This document shows, in pieces, positions 21,145 through 31,703 of a DNA stretch of 64,000 nt (position 1 is the first letter of the stretch; each line of letters begins with the position of its first letter). The stretch lies in the NCBI GenBank assembly GCA_943789145.1, contig CALSSZ010000008.1, positions 5,433 through 69,432 of the forward strand, in the 5' to 3' direction. Made by a program: the position numbers and the translations under genes. This stretch comes from an uncultured Pseudomonadales bacterium (lineage in GTDB: Bacteria; Pseudomonadota; Gammaproteobacteria; Pseudomonadales; Porticoccaceae). The notes beneath the pieces were generated by a model. The model saw only the letters and a list, made by a program, of their open reading frames with translations, had not been told where the DNA came from and made no database searches.

Positions 21145-22207
21145 CAGCAATAGAGATAATGGGATAACGGGGCTTTTTAACAGAGCCTCGTTTTTGCTTT
21201 CTGCGCTGCTTCTGGCAACCGTTTTAGGGTTGACTGGCTGCGACTCTAGTCCGGAGATAATTACAATCTCCGGAACCAAAATGGGAACCAGCTACAGTAT
21301 CACGGTGGTAGCAGATCAGCCTGCGCCTGTGGACCTGGAGCAGCGTATTGAAGCTACCTTGGATATGATTGACCAGTCCATGTCTACCTACAAGACCGAT
21401 TCCGAGATCAGTCAGTTTAATGCCCAGCCGGTGGCAGAACCACAGATGATTAGCCCGCAGTTTGCCGATGTGCTGGATATTAGCAAGCTGGTCTGGGAGC
21501 AAAGCGATGGCGCATTTGATCCAACGGTTGGGCCCCTAGTAGATCTCTGGGGCTTTGGCCCAGTGCTCACAGATAATGTTATTCCGGGCGACGAGCAAAT
21601 TGCCCTGGCGCTTGAGAATACGGGTTACCAACACCTCAGTATAGATATGCAGATGATCAGCAAATCATCCCCCATACGCCTGGATCTATCGGCCGTCGCC
21701 AAAGGCTACGCGGTAGATCAAATCGCTGACCTGCTGGAGATGCTGGCACTGCCAGACTATCTGGTGGAGGTGGGTGGAGAGATGCGTCTCAGTGGCTCCA
21801 ACCCCAAGGGGCAGCCCTGGCGTATAGCCATTGAAATGCCAGCAATACTGCCGCAGGTGCAGCAGGTGATTAGCGCTCATAATGCAGCCATTGCCACCTC
21901 TGGGGATTACCGCAATTATTTTGAGCAGGATGGGGTGCGCTACTCCCACAGCATAGACCCGCGCACCGGCAAGCCAATTCGCCACAGCCTCGCCTCGGTG
22001 ACAGTAGTGGGTGAAACCTGCGCAGAGGCCGATGCCTGGGCAACAGCGCTAATGGTGCTGGGGGAAGAACAGGGCATGTTGCTGGCAGAGCAGTTGGGTC
22101 TGGCAATTTATATGCTGGTAAAGGAGGGCGAGGAGTTTAAGGCAATTAGCAGTGAAGCCTTTGCTCCCTACCTTATTAAGTCAGAATCAATACAGCAAGA
22201 GCCCTAA
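21137..22207 (+). CDS. apbE: FAD:protein FMN transferase lipoprotein
   Basis: Lipobox [40 protein letters not shown]; start approximate. Confidence 0.93.
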   Translation: MANSNRDNGITGLFNRASFLLSALLLATVLGLTGCDSSPEIITISGTKMGTSYSITVVADQPAPVDLEQRIEATLDMIDQSMSTYKTDSEISQFNAQPVAEPQMISPQFADVLDISKLVWEQSDGAFDPTVGPLVDLWGFGPVLTDNVIPGDEQIALALENTGYQHLSIDMQMISKSSPIRLDLSAVAKGYAVDQIADLLEMLALPDYLVEVGGEMRLSGSNPKGQPWRIAIEMPAILPQVQQVISAHNAAIATSGDYRNYFEQDGVRYSHSIDPRTGKPIRHSLASVTVVGETCAEADAWATALMVLGEEQGMLLAEQLGLAIYMLVKEGEEFKAISSEAFAPYLIKSESIQQEP

Positions 22208-22218
22208 GAGAAGGTCCT

Positions 22219-22449
22219 ATGGCAGAAATTTTACTGGCAATTGTAATGTTTGGGCTGTTGATTGCGGCCATGGCAATTGGTGTACTGATGGGTGGCAAGC
22301 CTATTTCCGGTTCCTGTGGCGGCGTGGGCGCGGCCCTGGGTGAAGCCAACTACAATTGCGATATCTGTGGTGGCGATCCCAATAAATGTGATGAGCAGTC
22401 AGATTCTGCGCTAGCCTATGACGCAACCTCAGCCGATAAGGACAAATAA
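22219..22449 (+). CDS. nqrM: Na+-NQR maturation protein
   Basis: One TM helix followed by KPISGSCGG...CDICGG...C. Confidence 0.92.
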   Translation: MAEILLAIVMFGLLIAAMAIGVLMGGKPISGSCGGVGAALGEANYNCDICGGDPNKCDEQSDSALAYDATSADKDK

Positions 22450-22454
22450 TAAGC

Positions 22455-23882
22455 ATGGCAGATTTTTCCTATGATTTAGTCGTGATTGGCAGCGGCCCGG
22501 CGGGTGAGGGCGCGGCTATGAACGCAGTCAAGCAGGGCTGGCGCGTGGCTGTTATTGACGAGCGCCACCAGGCCGGTGGCAGCTGTACCCATCTGGGAAC
22601 CATACCTTCCAAGGCGTTGCGGCAGTCGGTTCGCCGCATGATGCAGTACAACACCATGCCCATGTTCCGGGCCGTGGGCGAGCCAAAGTGGTTTTCTTTT
22701 CCCGAAGTAATGAAAGCCGCAGAAAATGTGATTACCAAACAGGTGGAAGGGCGCACCAAAGGCTATGCACGCAATCGGGTGCAGACCCATATTGGTCGTG
22801 CCAGCTTTGTTAACCCCCATGAGGTTGCAGTGACCAGCGGTGATGGCAAGGTGGTGTCGGTGAAAGGAAAACACTTCCTGCTGGCCACAGGCTCTAGCCC
22901 CTACCGCCCTGATGATATTGATTTTAGCCATCCGGCGATCTTTGATAGCGACAGCATCCTTGGGCTAGATAGCACACCGCGCAATATTATTATCTATGGT
23001 GCTGGCGTTATCGGCTGTGAATATGCCTCGATTTTCTCAGGCCTGGATACCAGGGTAGATCTGGTGAACACCAGAGAATGGCTGATGAATTTCCTCGATG
23101 ATGAAATCTCCGATGCCCTTAGCTATCACCTGCGCGACCTCAATGTGATGGTGCGCCACAACGAAGAGTACGAGCGCGTGACCACCAGCGGTAATGGTGT
23201 CACTCTGGAGCTTAAGTCAGGCAAGCGCATCCATGGTGAGGCCCTGCTCTGGTGTAATGGTCGAGCCGGTAATACCAAAGGTCTGGGTCTCGAAAATGCA
23301 GGCCTTGAGGCTGATGAGCGCGGCCAGCTTAAGGTGAATAAAGACTATCAGACCACTGTGTCTCATATCTATGCTGCGGGCGACCTGATCGGCTGGCCCT
23401 CGCTGGCAGGCGCTGCCTATGACCAGGGCCGTTTTGCAGCTTCTCATATGTGCGGCACTGATGATCAGTATCGGGTTGAAGATGTGGCCACAGGTATCTG
23501 GACCATTCCAGAGATTAGCTTTGTGGGTCAGAATGAATCTGAACTTACCGAGCAAAAAATTCCCTACGAGATTGGCCGTGCATACTTTAAAGATACCGCC
23601 CGGGCGCATATCTCTGGCGAAGAAGTGGGTATGCTAAAGATTCTTTTCCATCAGGACAGCTTGGAGATTCTGGGTATTCACTGCTTTGGTGCCGAGGCGG
23701 CAGAAATTATTCATATTGGCCAGGCTATTATGAGCCAGAAGGGCGAGGCTAACAGTATTAAGTACTTCCTGCGCACCACCTTTAACTACCCCACCATGGC
23801 CGAGGCCTATCGCATCGCGTCTATGAATGGTTTAAATCGGGTCAGTCGCGACCGCAGATCCTTTGAGGGTAAACAGGACTAG
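22455..23882 (+). CDS. sthA: Soluble pyridine nucleotide transhydrogenase
   Basis: [35 protein letters not shown]. Confidence 0.96.
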   Translation: MADFSYDLVVIGSGPAGEGAAMNAVKQGWRVAVIDERHQAGGSCTHLGTIPSKALRQSVRRMMQYNTMPMFRAVGEPKWFSFPEVMKAAENVITKQVEGRTKGYARNRVQTHIGRASFVNPHEVAVTSGDGKVVSVKGKHFLLATGSSPYRPDDIDFSHPAIFDSDSILGLDSTPRNIIIYGAGVIGCEYASIFSGLDTRVDLVNTREWLMNFLDDEISDALSYHLRDLNVMVRHNEEYERVTTSGNGVTLELKSGKRIHGEALLWCNGRAGNTKGLGLENAGLEADERGQLKVNKDYQTTVSHIYAAGDLIGWPSLAGAAYDQGRFAASHMCGTDDQYRVEDVATGIWTIPEISFVGQNESELTEQKIPYEIGRAYFKDTARAHISGEEVGMLKILFHQDSLEILGIHCFGAEAAEIIHIGQAIMSQKGEANSIKYFLRTTFNYPTMAEAYRIASMNGLNRVSRDRRSFEGKQD

Positions 23883-24208
23883 GGAGCGCCATCTTCAGGG
23901 TTGTCTGTTAAATCTGGATGTCTGACCACGGCGCGGAGCACCCAGTCGCCCTCAAAGTAAACTAAAAAATCCTTATATTCCCAGACAGAGATCGGAGGCT
24001 CTCCCACAGCAGCCTGCACGGTATCGGGTTCACCTCGGCTTTCAGCTACCTGATCCTTGGTTTGGCCACGCTGGGGCAGGTCCAGCGCGCTGTTTTCAGT
24101 TTGCTGGCCCAGGGGGAGCATAATTTGCTGTGCCCCCAGAGTGCCAGCCGAGCCCAGTAGCAAAACTGCTAATACAGATGATACTAACCAGTGTTTCATC
24201 CTTAACAT
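23879..24208 (-). CDS. Small secreted conserved hypothetical protein
   Basis: Signal peptide, then LPQRGQT...GEP...[16 protein letters not shown]. Confidence 0.75.
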   Translation of the reverse strand: MLRMKHWLVSSVLAVLLLGSAGTLGAQQIMLPLGQQTENSALDLPQRGQTKDQVAESRGEPDTVQAAVGEPPISVWEYKDFLVYFEGDWVLRAVVRHPDLTDNPEDGAP

Positions 24209-24332
24209 CCTGTAATCTGATTATTTAATCTGTTAATTGTAGGCAATAGGTCAGGGGAAAACCTGAATTAGTTAGCATTACTGATCTCGACTCAATGTTG
24301 TTTGTCGACAGGGTTTCGGGTTTAATCCCTGC

Positions 24333-25577
24333 ATGTTTAAAAACCTCCCTCTCTTTATTGGCCTGCGCTATACCCGCAGTAAACGCCGCGAAGGCTTTGT
24401 CTCCTTTATCTCGGGCTTTTCGCTATTTGCCATGGCTCTCGGGGTGATGGCTCTAATTGTGGTGCTGTCAGTGATGAATGGCTTTGATCGCGAGATTAAG
24501 TCTCGGCTGCTGCAGGTAGTGCCCCATATTACTGGTACTTCGGTGCAGGGGGTCTCGGCAGCAGAGATTGATCAGTTGCGTGAGCGCTTGCTGGATGGTC
24601 AATCCCCAGTGATCAGTGTTACTCCCATGGCCCAGAGCTTTGTGATGCTGTCCTATCAGTCCCAGCAGCTGGGTCTGAGCATGCAGGCCATAGATCCGGG
24701 CTGGCCCAGCGCCCAGTTGCTGCAGGAGCAGATGATTAGCGGCCATGTGGAGCAGCTGCGTCCTGGGGAGTTTGGTATTATTCTGGGTAGCCAGGTGGCG
24801 CGCAGGCTCGGGGTTTTTATCGGCGATAAGCTACAGCTAACGCTACCCAAAGTTACTGTCACACCCGCGGGTATTTTCCCCCGTATCAAAAGCTTTGTGG
24901 TCACTGGAATTTTTCAGGTGGGTGCTCAGGTAGACAGTTCGGTAAGCTTTGTTCATCAGCGCGATGCGCGTAAATTATTGCAACTTGGCGAGCGCTATCA
25001 GGGTGTTCAGCTAACTCTGGATGATGCCTATCAGGCAGATAGCTGGCTGGCCAATAACCCTCAGCCTCTGGCCGGTCAAAACTGGCGCACCTGGACCCAG
25101 TCAATGGGTACCTTATTCCAGGCCATGCGCATGGAGAAACTGGTGGTGAGCCTGCTGTTATCTGTCATTATTGCGGTGGCGGCCTTTAATATTATTGCCA
25201 GTCTGGTGCTGATGGTTGCGGATAAGCGCAGTGATATCGCTGTGGTGCGAACATTGGGCGCATCCTCAGCTATGGTGATAAAGGTATTTATGGTGCAGGG
25301 TTTAGCCGTAGGGTTTTTGGGTATTTTTGTGGGTACTGTGCTCGGCTGTCTGTTGGCCATTTTTATTGGAGATATTGTGAGCTTTATTGAAACTCTGTTT
25401 GGAGTCTATCTGTTTGATCCCTCGGTCTACTTGATTAGCGCACTGCCATCCAGGTTGCTGGCTGGCGATGTGGCCACGGTGGTGCTCAGTGCGGGGGCCC
25501 TTAGTTTTCTGGCGACTCTGTATCCGGCCTGGCGGGCGGGTCAGGTATTACCTGCCGAGGCTCTGCGCTATGACTGA
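24333..25577 (+). CDS. lolC: Lipoprotein-releasing ABC permease
   Basis: IGLRYTRSKRR, VLSVMNGF, VAAFNII, PAEALRYD; first gene of the lol triplet. Confidence 0.92.
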   Translation: MFKNLPLFIGLRYTRSKRREGFVSFISGFSLFAMALGVMALIVVLSVMNGFDREIKSRLLQVVPHITGTSVQGVSAAEIDQLRERLLDGQSPVISVTPMAQSFVMLSYQSQQLGLSMQAIDPGWPSAQLLQEQMISGHVEQLRPGEFGIILGSQVARRLGVFIGDKLQLTLPKVTVTPAGIFPRIKSFVVTGIFQVGAQVDSSVSFVHQRDARKLLQLGERYQGVQLTLDDAYQADSWLANNPQPLAGQNWRTWTQSMGTLFQAMRMEKLVVSLLLSVIIAVAAFNIIASLVLMVADKRSDIAVVRTLGASSAMVIKVFMVQGLAVGFLGIFVGTVLGCLLAIFIGDIVSFIETLFGVYLFDPSVYLISALPSRLLAGDVATVVLSAGALSFLATLYPAWRAGQVLPAEALRYD

Positions 25578-26265
25578 TAAAGCGGTATTGGTGGCCTCGA
25601 GTCTGCATCGCAGTTATCAGCAGGCGGGCAGCGATAATGATCTGGCAGTGCTGCAGGGCGTGGATCTGGAGATTCAGGCGGGCGAAAAGCTGGCCATTAT
25701 TGGTGTCTCTGGTTCAGGCAAAACAACTTTGCTAAATGTACTGGGTGGGCTGGATGACCCCGATGCAGGTTCGGTGCAGGTCTGCGGCACTGATTGGAAC
25801 GACCTGGATGCCACCCGGCGCGCCAGCTGGCGCAATCAGCATCTGGGCTTTGTCTATCAATTTCACCATCTGTTGGCAGAGTTTTCGGCTCTGGAAAATG
25901 TTGCGCTGCCGCTGCTGATTGGTGGCGCATCTGTTAAACAGGCCCGAGAGCGGGCCTCACAACTTCTGGCGCGAGTGGGGTTGGCTGAGCGCTTACAGCA
26001 TCAGCCTGCCGAACTGTCTGGCGGTGAGCGCCAGCGTGTGGCCATTGCCAGGGCTCTGGTCACTCAGCCTGCCTTGGTGCTGATGGATGAGCCCACAGGT
26101 AATCTGGACCCTCACACCGCCGCTTCTATGCTGGATCTGCTAATGGAGCTGAATGAAACTCTGGGTATTTCTACTGTGATGGTGACCCATGATCCGGCCA
26201 TTGCCGCCCGCATGGATCGGGCAGTTCGTTTAGTAGACGGCGTTTTGGAGCCGGCTATTGTTTAA
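25570..26265 (+). CDS. lolD: Lipoprotein-releasing ABC ATPase
   Basis: GVSGSGKT, GFVYQFHHLL LolD motif, LSGGERQR, DEPTGNLD. Confidence 0.96.
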   Translation: MTDKAVLVASSLHRSYQQAGSDNDLAVLQGVDLEIQAGEKLAIIGVSGSGKTTLLNVLGGLDDPDAGSVQVCGTDWNDLDATRRASWRNQHLGFVYQFHHLLAEFSALENVALPLLIGGASVKQARERASQLLARVGLAERLQHQPAELSGGERQRVAIARALVTQPALVLMDEPTGNLDPHTAASMLDLLMELNETLGISTVMVTHDPAIAARMDRAVRLVDGVLEPAIV

Positions 26266-27481
26266 GTCGGTACCAGCCTTTGTCGGCCTGCGCTACTTTA
26301 CCTCTGGTGGTCGGGGCGGTCTGCTGGTTTCATTTATTTCAATGCTGGCCATTGCTGGTCTGGCACTGGGTGTTGCGCTGCTGGTTGTGGTGCTCTCGGT
26401 GATGAATGGTTTTGATCGCGAACTGCGCGAGCGTATTCTCTCCGTGGTGCCGCATATTCAGCTAATTCACGGAATAGGGGTAAGCGACTGGCCTGCCCAG
26501 AGCCAATTAATAGCTGGTCTGGACCAGGTGACCGAAGTAACCCCCTACAATGAGGCTGAGGGGCTGATACACAGTGGCCAGCAAACTAGGCCAATACAGC
26601 TGCTCGGGCTCTCTGCCAGGGCTGTGCCCGCTGGGCTTGAGGATGTTATCCGCGGGGCTGGCCTGGCTATTCCGCAATCTGGCCAGCTGCTGTTGCCCCA
26701 GCCTCTCGCCGAAGATTTAAATGTGGCTGTGGGCCAGCAGGTAACAGTGATAGTTCCGGCTATCAATGGCAGCGCTACTGCCGCCTATAGTTTTCTGGTG
26801 ACCGGTATTTTTGCCACCCATACCGAGCTGGATCAGATTCTGGGACTGGCCTCTCTTGAGCAGGTGGGCAGCATAGCCGGGGTCGAGGGGCTGGTGCAGG
26901 GCTTTAGATTGCAGGTGGAAGATCAGTTTGATGCTCGGGATACAGGCTATCGGCTGCTCGAACAGCTGCCCTTTGGCTACGGCTTTCGCGACTGGTTTCA
27001 AACCCATGGCAACCTCTATCAGGCCATTCAGTTGTCGCGTAATCTGGTGGGTCTGCTAATCTTTTTAATTGTCGCCATTGCGACCTTTAATGTGGTGTCC
27101 ATGCTAATGATGTCTGTGGTCAACAAGCGTAGTGATATTGCTATCCTGCAGACTCTGGGGCTGTCCCGGTCGGCCATTGTGCAGCTGTTTTTAATTCAGG
27201 GCGCCATGATAGGTCTGTTTGGCATAGCACTAGGGGTGTTACTGGGCATTATTGGTTGTTACTGGGTGGCGGATCTGGTGCTCTGGGTTGAATCCCTTAT
27301 AGGTGCCAGCTTTCTGAATACGGCGGTTTATCCGATTGATTATATTCCGGTTGATTTACGCTGGGGGGATGTGGCGCAAATTGCAGCGGTGGCCATTGTG
27401 TTAAATCTAGTGGCTACCATATACCCTGCACTGCGCGCCAGTCGCATGGTGCCCGCTGAAGAACTGCGTTTTGAGGGCTAG
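26258..27481 (+). CDS. lolE: Lipoprotein-releasing ABC permease
   Basis: VLSVMNGFDRELRERIL, DWFQTHGNLYQAIQ, PAEELRFE. Confidence 0.92.
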   Translation: MFKSVPAFVGLRYFTSGGRGGLLVSFISMLAIAGLALGVALLVVVLSVMNGFDRELRERILSVVPHIQLIHGIGVSDWPAQSQLIAGLDQVTEVTPYNEAEGLIHSGQQTRPIQLLGLSARAVPAGLEDVIRGAGLAIPQSGQLLLPQPLAEDLNVAVGQQVTVIVPAINGSATAAYSFLVTGIFATHTELDQILGLASLEQVGSIAGVEGLVQGFRLQVEDQFDARDTGYRLLEQLPFGYGFRDWFQTHGNLYQAIQLSRNLVGLLIFLIVAIATFNVVSMLMMSVVNKRSDIAILQTLGLSRSAIVQLFLIQGAMIGLFGIALGVLLGIIGCYWVADLVLWVESLIGASFLNTAVYPIDYIPVDLRWGDVAQIAAVAIVLNLVATIYPALRASRMVPAEELRFEG

Positions 27482-28008
27482 ACCTTGCCGCCGTTGTGGC
27501 GCTGGTCTTTGCGTATTTCCCAGTTTTTTACTACCTTCCAGCGCCACAGATAGAGAATAAAGAAATAGCCAATAGAGGCTAGAATAATGCCGCTCAGCAG
27601 GCTGCCAGCTATCAGCGGCAACAGTATCCCGGAACCCAGATTCGAAAACCATTCCCAGGACATGGTTACGGTGAAGTTTACCGGCTCACTGCCCAGTAGA
27701 AAACTGCCCAGCTGGTGGGTCAAATAAAACATAGGAGGAATAGTGAGGGGGTTGCTGATCCAGATTGTCATCAGGCCTATAGGCAGGTTTGCTCCCAGCC
27801 AAAAACACATGGCCGCGGCTATCAGCGTCTGAATTGGCAATGGTATAAAGGCACAAAAAATACCCACAAATACTCCCAGAGAGACCGAGTGACGGTTAAG
27901 GTGCAGCAGATTTGGGTCATGGGTTAAGGAGTTGATCCAGCGCAGCGAGGGACGCTGCAGCAGCTTGCCGATATCAGGTAGAAAGCGATGAATAATTTTT
28001 CGCGGCAT
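27478..28008 (-). CDS. DUF2062 membrane protein
   Basis: MPRKIIHRFLP...LHLNRHSV...FIPLPIQ...WISNPLTIPPMFY. Confidence 0.88.
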   Translation of the reverse strand: MPRKIIHRFLPDIGKLLQRPSLRWINSLTHDPNLLHLNRHSVSLGVFVGIFCAFIPLPIQTLIAAAMCFWLGANLPIGLMTIWISNPLTIPPMFYLTHQLGSFLLGSEPVNFTVTMSWEWFSNLGSGILLPLIAGSLLSGIILASIGYFFILYLWRWKVVKNWEIRKDQRHNGGKV

Positions 28009-28156
28009 AGAGTTTCTTTTTCAGGTCAGCGACTGCGGCTATTATGCCCGCAATATTTTTTTGTAACCAGTGTAAAACGCCCTTAAAACCAGACAAAATT
28101 TTGCGCCCGAGATACAATGATAGATTGAAACCAACAACCTATTTGGATGCATTCAT

Positions 28157-29104
28157 TTGAAACAGCAAAGCGAGCCAGCTCTGGCGATTAGTCAGCTTAG
28201 TAAAACCTATGAGGGTGGCTTTCAGGCCCTGAAGTCGATTGATCTGAATGTGGCTCCCGGTGACTTCTTTGCCCTGCTTGGGCCCAATGGTGCTGGTAAG
28301 TCCACAACCATCGGCATTATCTGTTCTCTGGTGCGCAAGACCAGCGGTTCGGTCAGAGTATTTGGCCATGATATAGACCAGGATTTTAGTACTGCAAAAC
28401 AGTTTGTTGGCGTGGTGCCCCAGGAATTTAACTTTAATCAGTTTGAAAAGCCCATTGATATTCTGGTTAACCAGGCGGGCTACTATGGCATTCCCTCCAA
28501 GGTTGCCTATGAGCGTGCCGAGAAATATCTCAAGCAGCTGGCGCTGTGGGACAAGCGCGATACGCCGTCGCGAACTCTTTCCGGAGGCATGAAACGCCGA
28601 CTGATGATTGCCCGGGCGCTGATTCATGAACCCAGATTGCTGGTACTCGACGAGCCTACTGCTGGCGTGGATATAGAACTGCGCCGCTCAATGTGGGAGT
28701 TTCTTCAGGAGATCAATCGCCAGGGCACCACTATTATTTTGACCACCCATTATCTGGAAGAGGCTGAGAGCCTGTGTCGCAATATTGCCATTATTGATCA
28801 TGGTCAGATTGTTAAAAACACCAGTATCCGAGAGTTATTAAAGCAGCTCAATAAGGAGACCTTTGTATTGGATACCCGCGAGGCGCTGGATAGCTGCCCC
28901 GAGGTTGAGGGTTATCCGCTGACGATGGTCGACGACCATAGTCTGGAGGTGGCCATTGATAAATCCCAGTCAGTGAATAAGCTGTTTGCGGCGCTGACCG
29001 AGCAGGGCATCCATGTGTTGAGCATGCGCAATAAGAGCAATCGATTAGAGGAACTTTTCTTTGATCTGGTGGAGAAAAACCTGCAGGAGAACGACCATGA
29101 ATAA
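28157..29104 (+). CDS. ABC-2 exporter ATP-binding protein (YadG-like)
   Basis: GPNGAGKST, GVVPQEFNFNQFE, LSGGMKRR, NRLEELF. Confidence 0.93.
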   Translation: MKQQSEPALAISQLSKTYEGGFQALKSIDLNVAPGDFFALLGPNGAGKSTTIGIICSLVRKTSGSVRVFGHDIDQDFSTAKQFVGVVPQEFNFNQFEKPIDILVNQAGYYGIPSKVAYERAEKYLKQLALWDKRDTPSRTLSGGMKRRLMIARALIHEPRLLVLDEPTAGVDIELRRSMWEFLQEINRQGTTIILTTHYLEEAESLCRNIAIIDHGQIVKNTSIRELLKQLNKETFVLDTREALDSCPEVEGYPLTMVDDHSLEVAIDKSQSVNKLFAALTEQGIHVLSMRNKSNRLEELFFDLVEKNLQENDHE

Positions 29105-29870
29105 TAGCCAAAAGTGGATTGCTTTTAGCACCATTGTGCGTCGCGAAATTCATCGCTTTCTGCGTATCTGGCCCCAGACTCTGGTGCCGCCAATTATTAC
29201 CATCGCGCTTTATTTTGTGATTTTTGGCCGACTGATTGGCTCGCGTATCGGCGAGATGTCAGAGCTGCCCTATATTCAGTTTGTGGCGCCGGGATTGATA
29301 ATGATGTCGGTAATTACCAACTCTTACTCCAATGTGGTGTCGTCTTTTTACGGCTCTAAATTCCAGCGTAATATTGAAGAGTTGCTGGTGTCGCCAACCC
29401 CCAACTGGATTATTTTGCTCGGCTATGTGGTCGGCGGTATGAGTCGCGGATTGGGTGTGGGCGCTATGGTGACATTGCTGTCGCTGTACTTTGCCGACTT
29501 TAGTCTGCACAGCCTGCCCATAACCATTGGCATTGTGTTGATGACCTCATTGATGTTTAGTCTGGCTGGCTTGATTAATGCCATTTTTGCCGGCAGCTTT
29601 GACGATATTTCTATTATCCCCACCTTTGTTTTAACACCATTGATCTATCTGGGCGGAGTATTTTATTCCACCGATATGCTTGGCGACTTCTGGGGCTCAG
29701 TATCGCTGATTAACCCAATACTCTATATGGTCAATGCCTTTCGCTACGGAATGGTAGGCATCACAGATATCAATGTCGCCTGGTCGTTTATAATGGTGGG
29801 ACTGTTCTCTGTGGTGCTATTTGGCGTAGCGTTGCGACTGCTGGAGAAGGGCAGCAGGTTGCGCAGCTAA
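29097..29870 (+). CDS. ABC-2 exporter permease (YadH-like)
   Basis: RIWPQTLVPP, PGLIMMSVITNSYSNVVSSF, NPILYMVNAFRYG. Confidence 0.93.
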   Translation: MNNSQKWIAFSTIVRREIHRFLRIWPQTLVPPIITIALYFVIFGRLIGSRIGEMSELPYIQFVAPGLIMMSVITNSYSNVVSSFYGSKFQRNIEELLVSPTPNWIILLGYVVGGMSRGLGVGAMVTLLSLYFADFSLHSLPITIGIVLMTSLMFSLAGLINAIFAGSFDDISIIPTFVLTPLIYLGGVFYSTDMLGDFWGSVSLINPILYMVNAFRYGMVGITDINVAWSFIMVGLFSVVLFGVALRLLEKGSRLRS

Positions 29871-30691
29871 TGGCAGATTATTCAGATACAGGGCTGGGTA
29901 AAGATACTGGCTATAGTGATCAGTACGATGCGTCGCTGCTGTATCCCATTCCCCGCAGCAAAGCGCGTGGCGCTGATAACAGCGCAACACTGCCATTTGT
30001 GGGTGTAGACCTCTGGACTGCCTTTGAGATTTCCTGGTTAAATCCGGATGGCTTGCCGCAGCTGGCTATTGGGGAATTTATATTTCCCTGCACCAGCAGT
30101 GCCATTGTTGAGTCCAAGTCATTTAAGCTATATCTCAACTCGTTTATTCAGACCCAGTTTGGCTCCATGGAGGAAGTCAGTGAGATATTGAGTGCTGACC
30201 TGTCTTCAGTTACCGACGCCAGTGTTGATGTTGTGCTCTATGAGATAGCTGAGTACAACGGCTTTAAGCCGATTTCAGAGCCCGATGGCATCTGTATCGA
30301 CCAGCAGTCACTGGCCATAGACAACTATCAACCAGAACCGGAATTTTTGTCAGCCGACACTGATTCTACAGTCACTGAAATTGTCTATTCTCATCTGCTA
30401 AAAACCAACTGTCCGGTTACCGACCAACCTGATTGGGCCTCTGTGTATATTAGTTACACAGGGCCGGCAATTGACAGGGCAGGGTTACTAAAATATATAG
30501 TTTCGTTTCGCCAGCACCAGGATTTTCATGAGCAATGTGTCGAGAAAATCTTTACCGATATACTGCAGCGCTGTGCACCCACAGAGTTGAGTGTCTATGC
30601 CCGCTATATGCGCCGCGGTGGTTTGGATATCAACCCTTTTCGTAGCACGGTGCAGACCATGCCGCCCAGCTACCGCCAGGTGCGTCAGTAG
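29870..30691 (+). CDS. queF: NADPH-dependent 7-cyano-7-deazaguanine reductase (bimodular type)
   Basis: ESKSFKLYLNS, CPVTDQPDW, FHEQCVE, RRGGLDINP. Confidence 0.96.
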   Translation: MADYSDTGLGKDTGYSDQYDASLLYPIPRSKARGADNSATLPFVGVDLWTAFEISWLNPDGLPQLAIGEFIFPCTSSAIVESKSFKLYLNSFIQTQFGSMEEVSEILSADLSSVTDASVDVVLYEIAEYNGFKPISEPDGICIDQQSLAIDNYQPEPEFLSADTDSTVTEIVYSHLLKTNCPVTDQPDWASVYISYTGPAIDRAGLLKYIVSFRQHQDFHEQCVEKIFTDILQRCAPTELSVYARYMRRGGLDINPFRSTVQTMPPSYRQVRQ

Positions 30692-30738
30692 CCATAGCTG
30701 AAAGCCAGCAGTGCCTATTAGCCAGTTGACAGAGGCTG

Positions 30739-31593
30739 TTATGTAAGGCTGGTTTTTAAAAACTCAGTGAGCAGGTGGACCGCCTCATTATTAGCGCGGC
30801 GCTTTGAAGCCAGCAAACTAATACCAACCTTGCCCAGATCTGGAAAACGAGACGATGGTGGCAGTATTCTTAGATTTTCTGGCACTGTGCTCTTGGCCAG
30901 CACGGTCACTCCCAGCCCCTCCTGAATCGCCTGCTGTATGCCACTTAAATCTGGAATGGTATAAACAATCTGCCAGGGTTGCTGTATCTGATCTAGCATG
31001 CCAGTGGCTCTCTGTCTGTAGATGCAGCCTTCGGCCGCGGCAATCAGCGGTACTATGGGCGCTTTCTGGATACTGTGATCGGCGCTGCAGACCCAGACCA
31101 GATCATCGGTTTTCACCAGATCGGACCAGGTTTTAGATGGGTTGTCCTCCAGCGCAAGAATCAAGTCATGGTTCTGCTTGCCAGCCTTGGATAGCAGGTT
31201 TTTACTTAACTCACAGTTTACTTCCAATGTGATATTGGGGTAGGCGCTGGCAAAACGGCTTACAATTTTTGGTAGCAATATAGTGGCAAATTCGCTGGGA
31301 ATACCCAGGCGGATTTTCCCTGAAACGGCACTTTTTGATAGCTCGCTAATGGCCAGATCATTTAAGGATAGAATTTGATTGGCATAACCATAGAGGCTGT
31401 TACCAGCTTCGCTGAGTTCCAGGCTTCTGCCGTTGCGGGTAAATAATGTCTCGTCCACCAATTCTTCCAGGCGCTGTATCTGCAGACTGACTGCCGGTTG
31501 CGACCTGCCGAGTATTTCACCGGCTTTAGTAAAGCTGCCAAGCTGGGCCACAGAGACAAAGGCTCTAAGCAACTCCATGGGCAGATTTTTCAT
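30739..31593 (-). CDS. LysR family regulator (LrhA/HexA-like)
   Basis: HTH GSFTKAGEILGRSQPAVSLQIQRLEE; divergent from gcvT. Confidence 0.93.
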   Translation of the reverse strand: MKNLPMELLRAFVSVAQLGSFTKAGEILGRSQPAVSLQIQRLEELVDETLFTRNGRSLELSEAGNSLYGYANQILSLNDLAISELSKSAVSGKIRLGIPSEFATILLPKIVSRFASAYPNITLEVNCELSKNLLSKAGKQNHDLILALEDNPSKTWSDLVKTDDLVWVCSADHSIQKAPIVPLIAAAEGCIYRQRATGMLDQIQQPWQIVYTIPDLSGIQQAIQEGLGVTVLAKSTVPENLRILPPSSRFPDLGKVGISLLASKRRANNEAVHLLTEFLKTSLT

Positions 31594-31602
31594 AGCGCAC
31601 CT

Positions 31603-31625
31603 ATGTATTTAGAATATTAATACAT
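31603..31625. promoter_or_regulatory. Candidate LysR recognition site
   Basis: Inverted repeat ATGTATT-N9-AATACAT containing T-N11-A, between the divergent LysR gene and gcvT. Confidence 0.6.
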
Positions 31626-31703
31626 GCATTATAGCTATTAATTTAACAAATTGTAGTCGAGGCTCTATTATTCCAGTCTATTAGCGTCAAAAAGCGTCTA
31701 GCA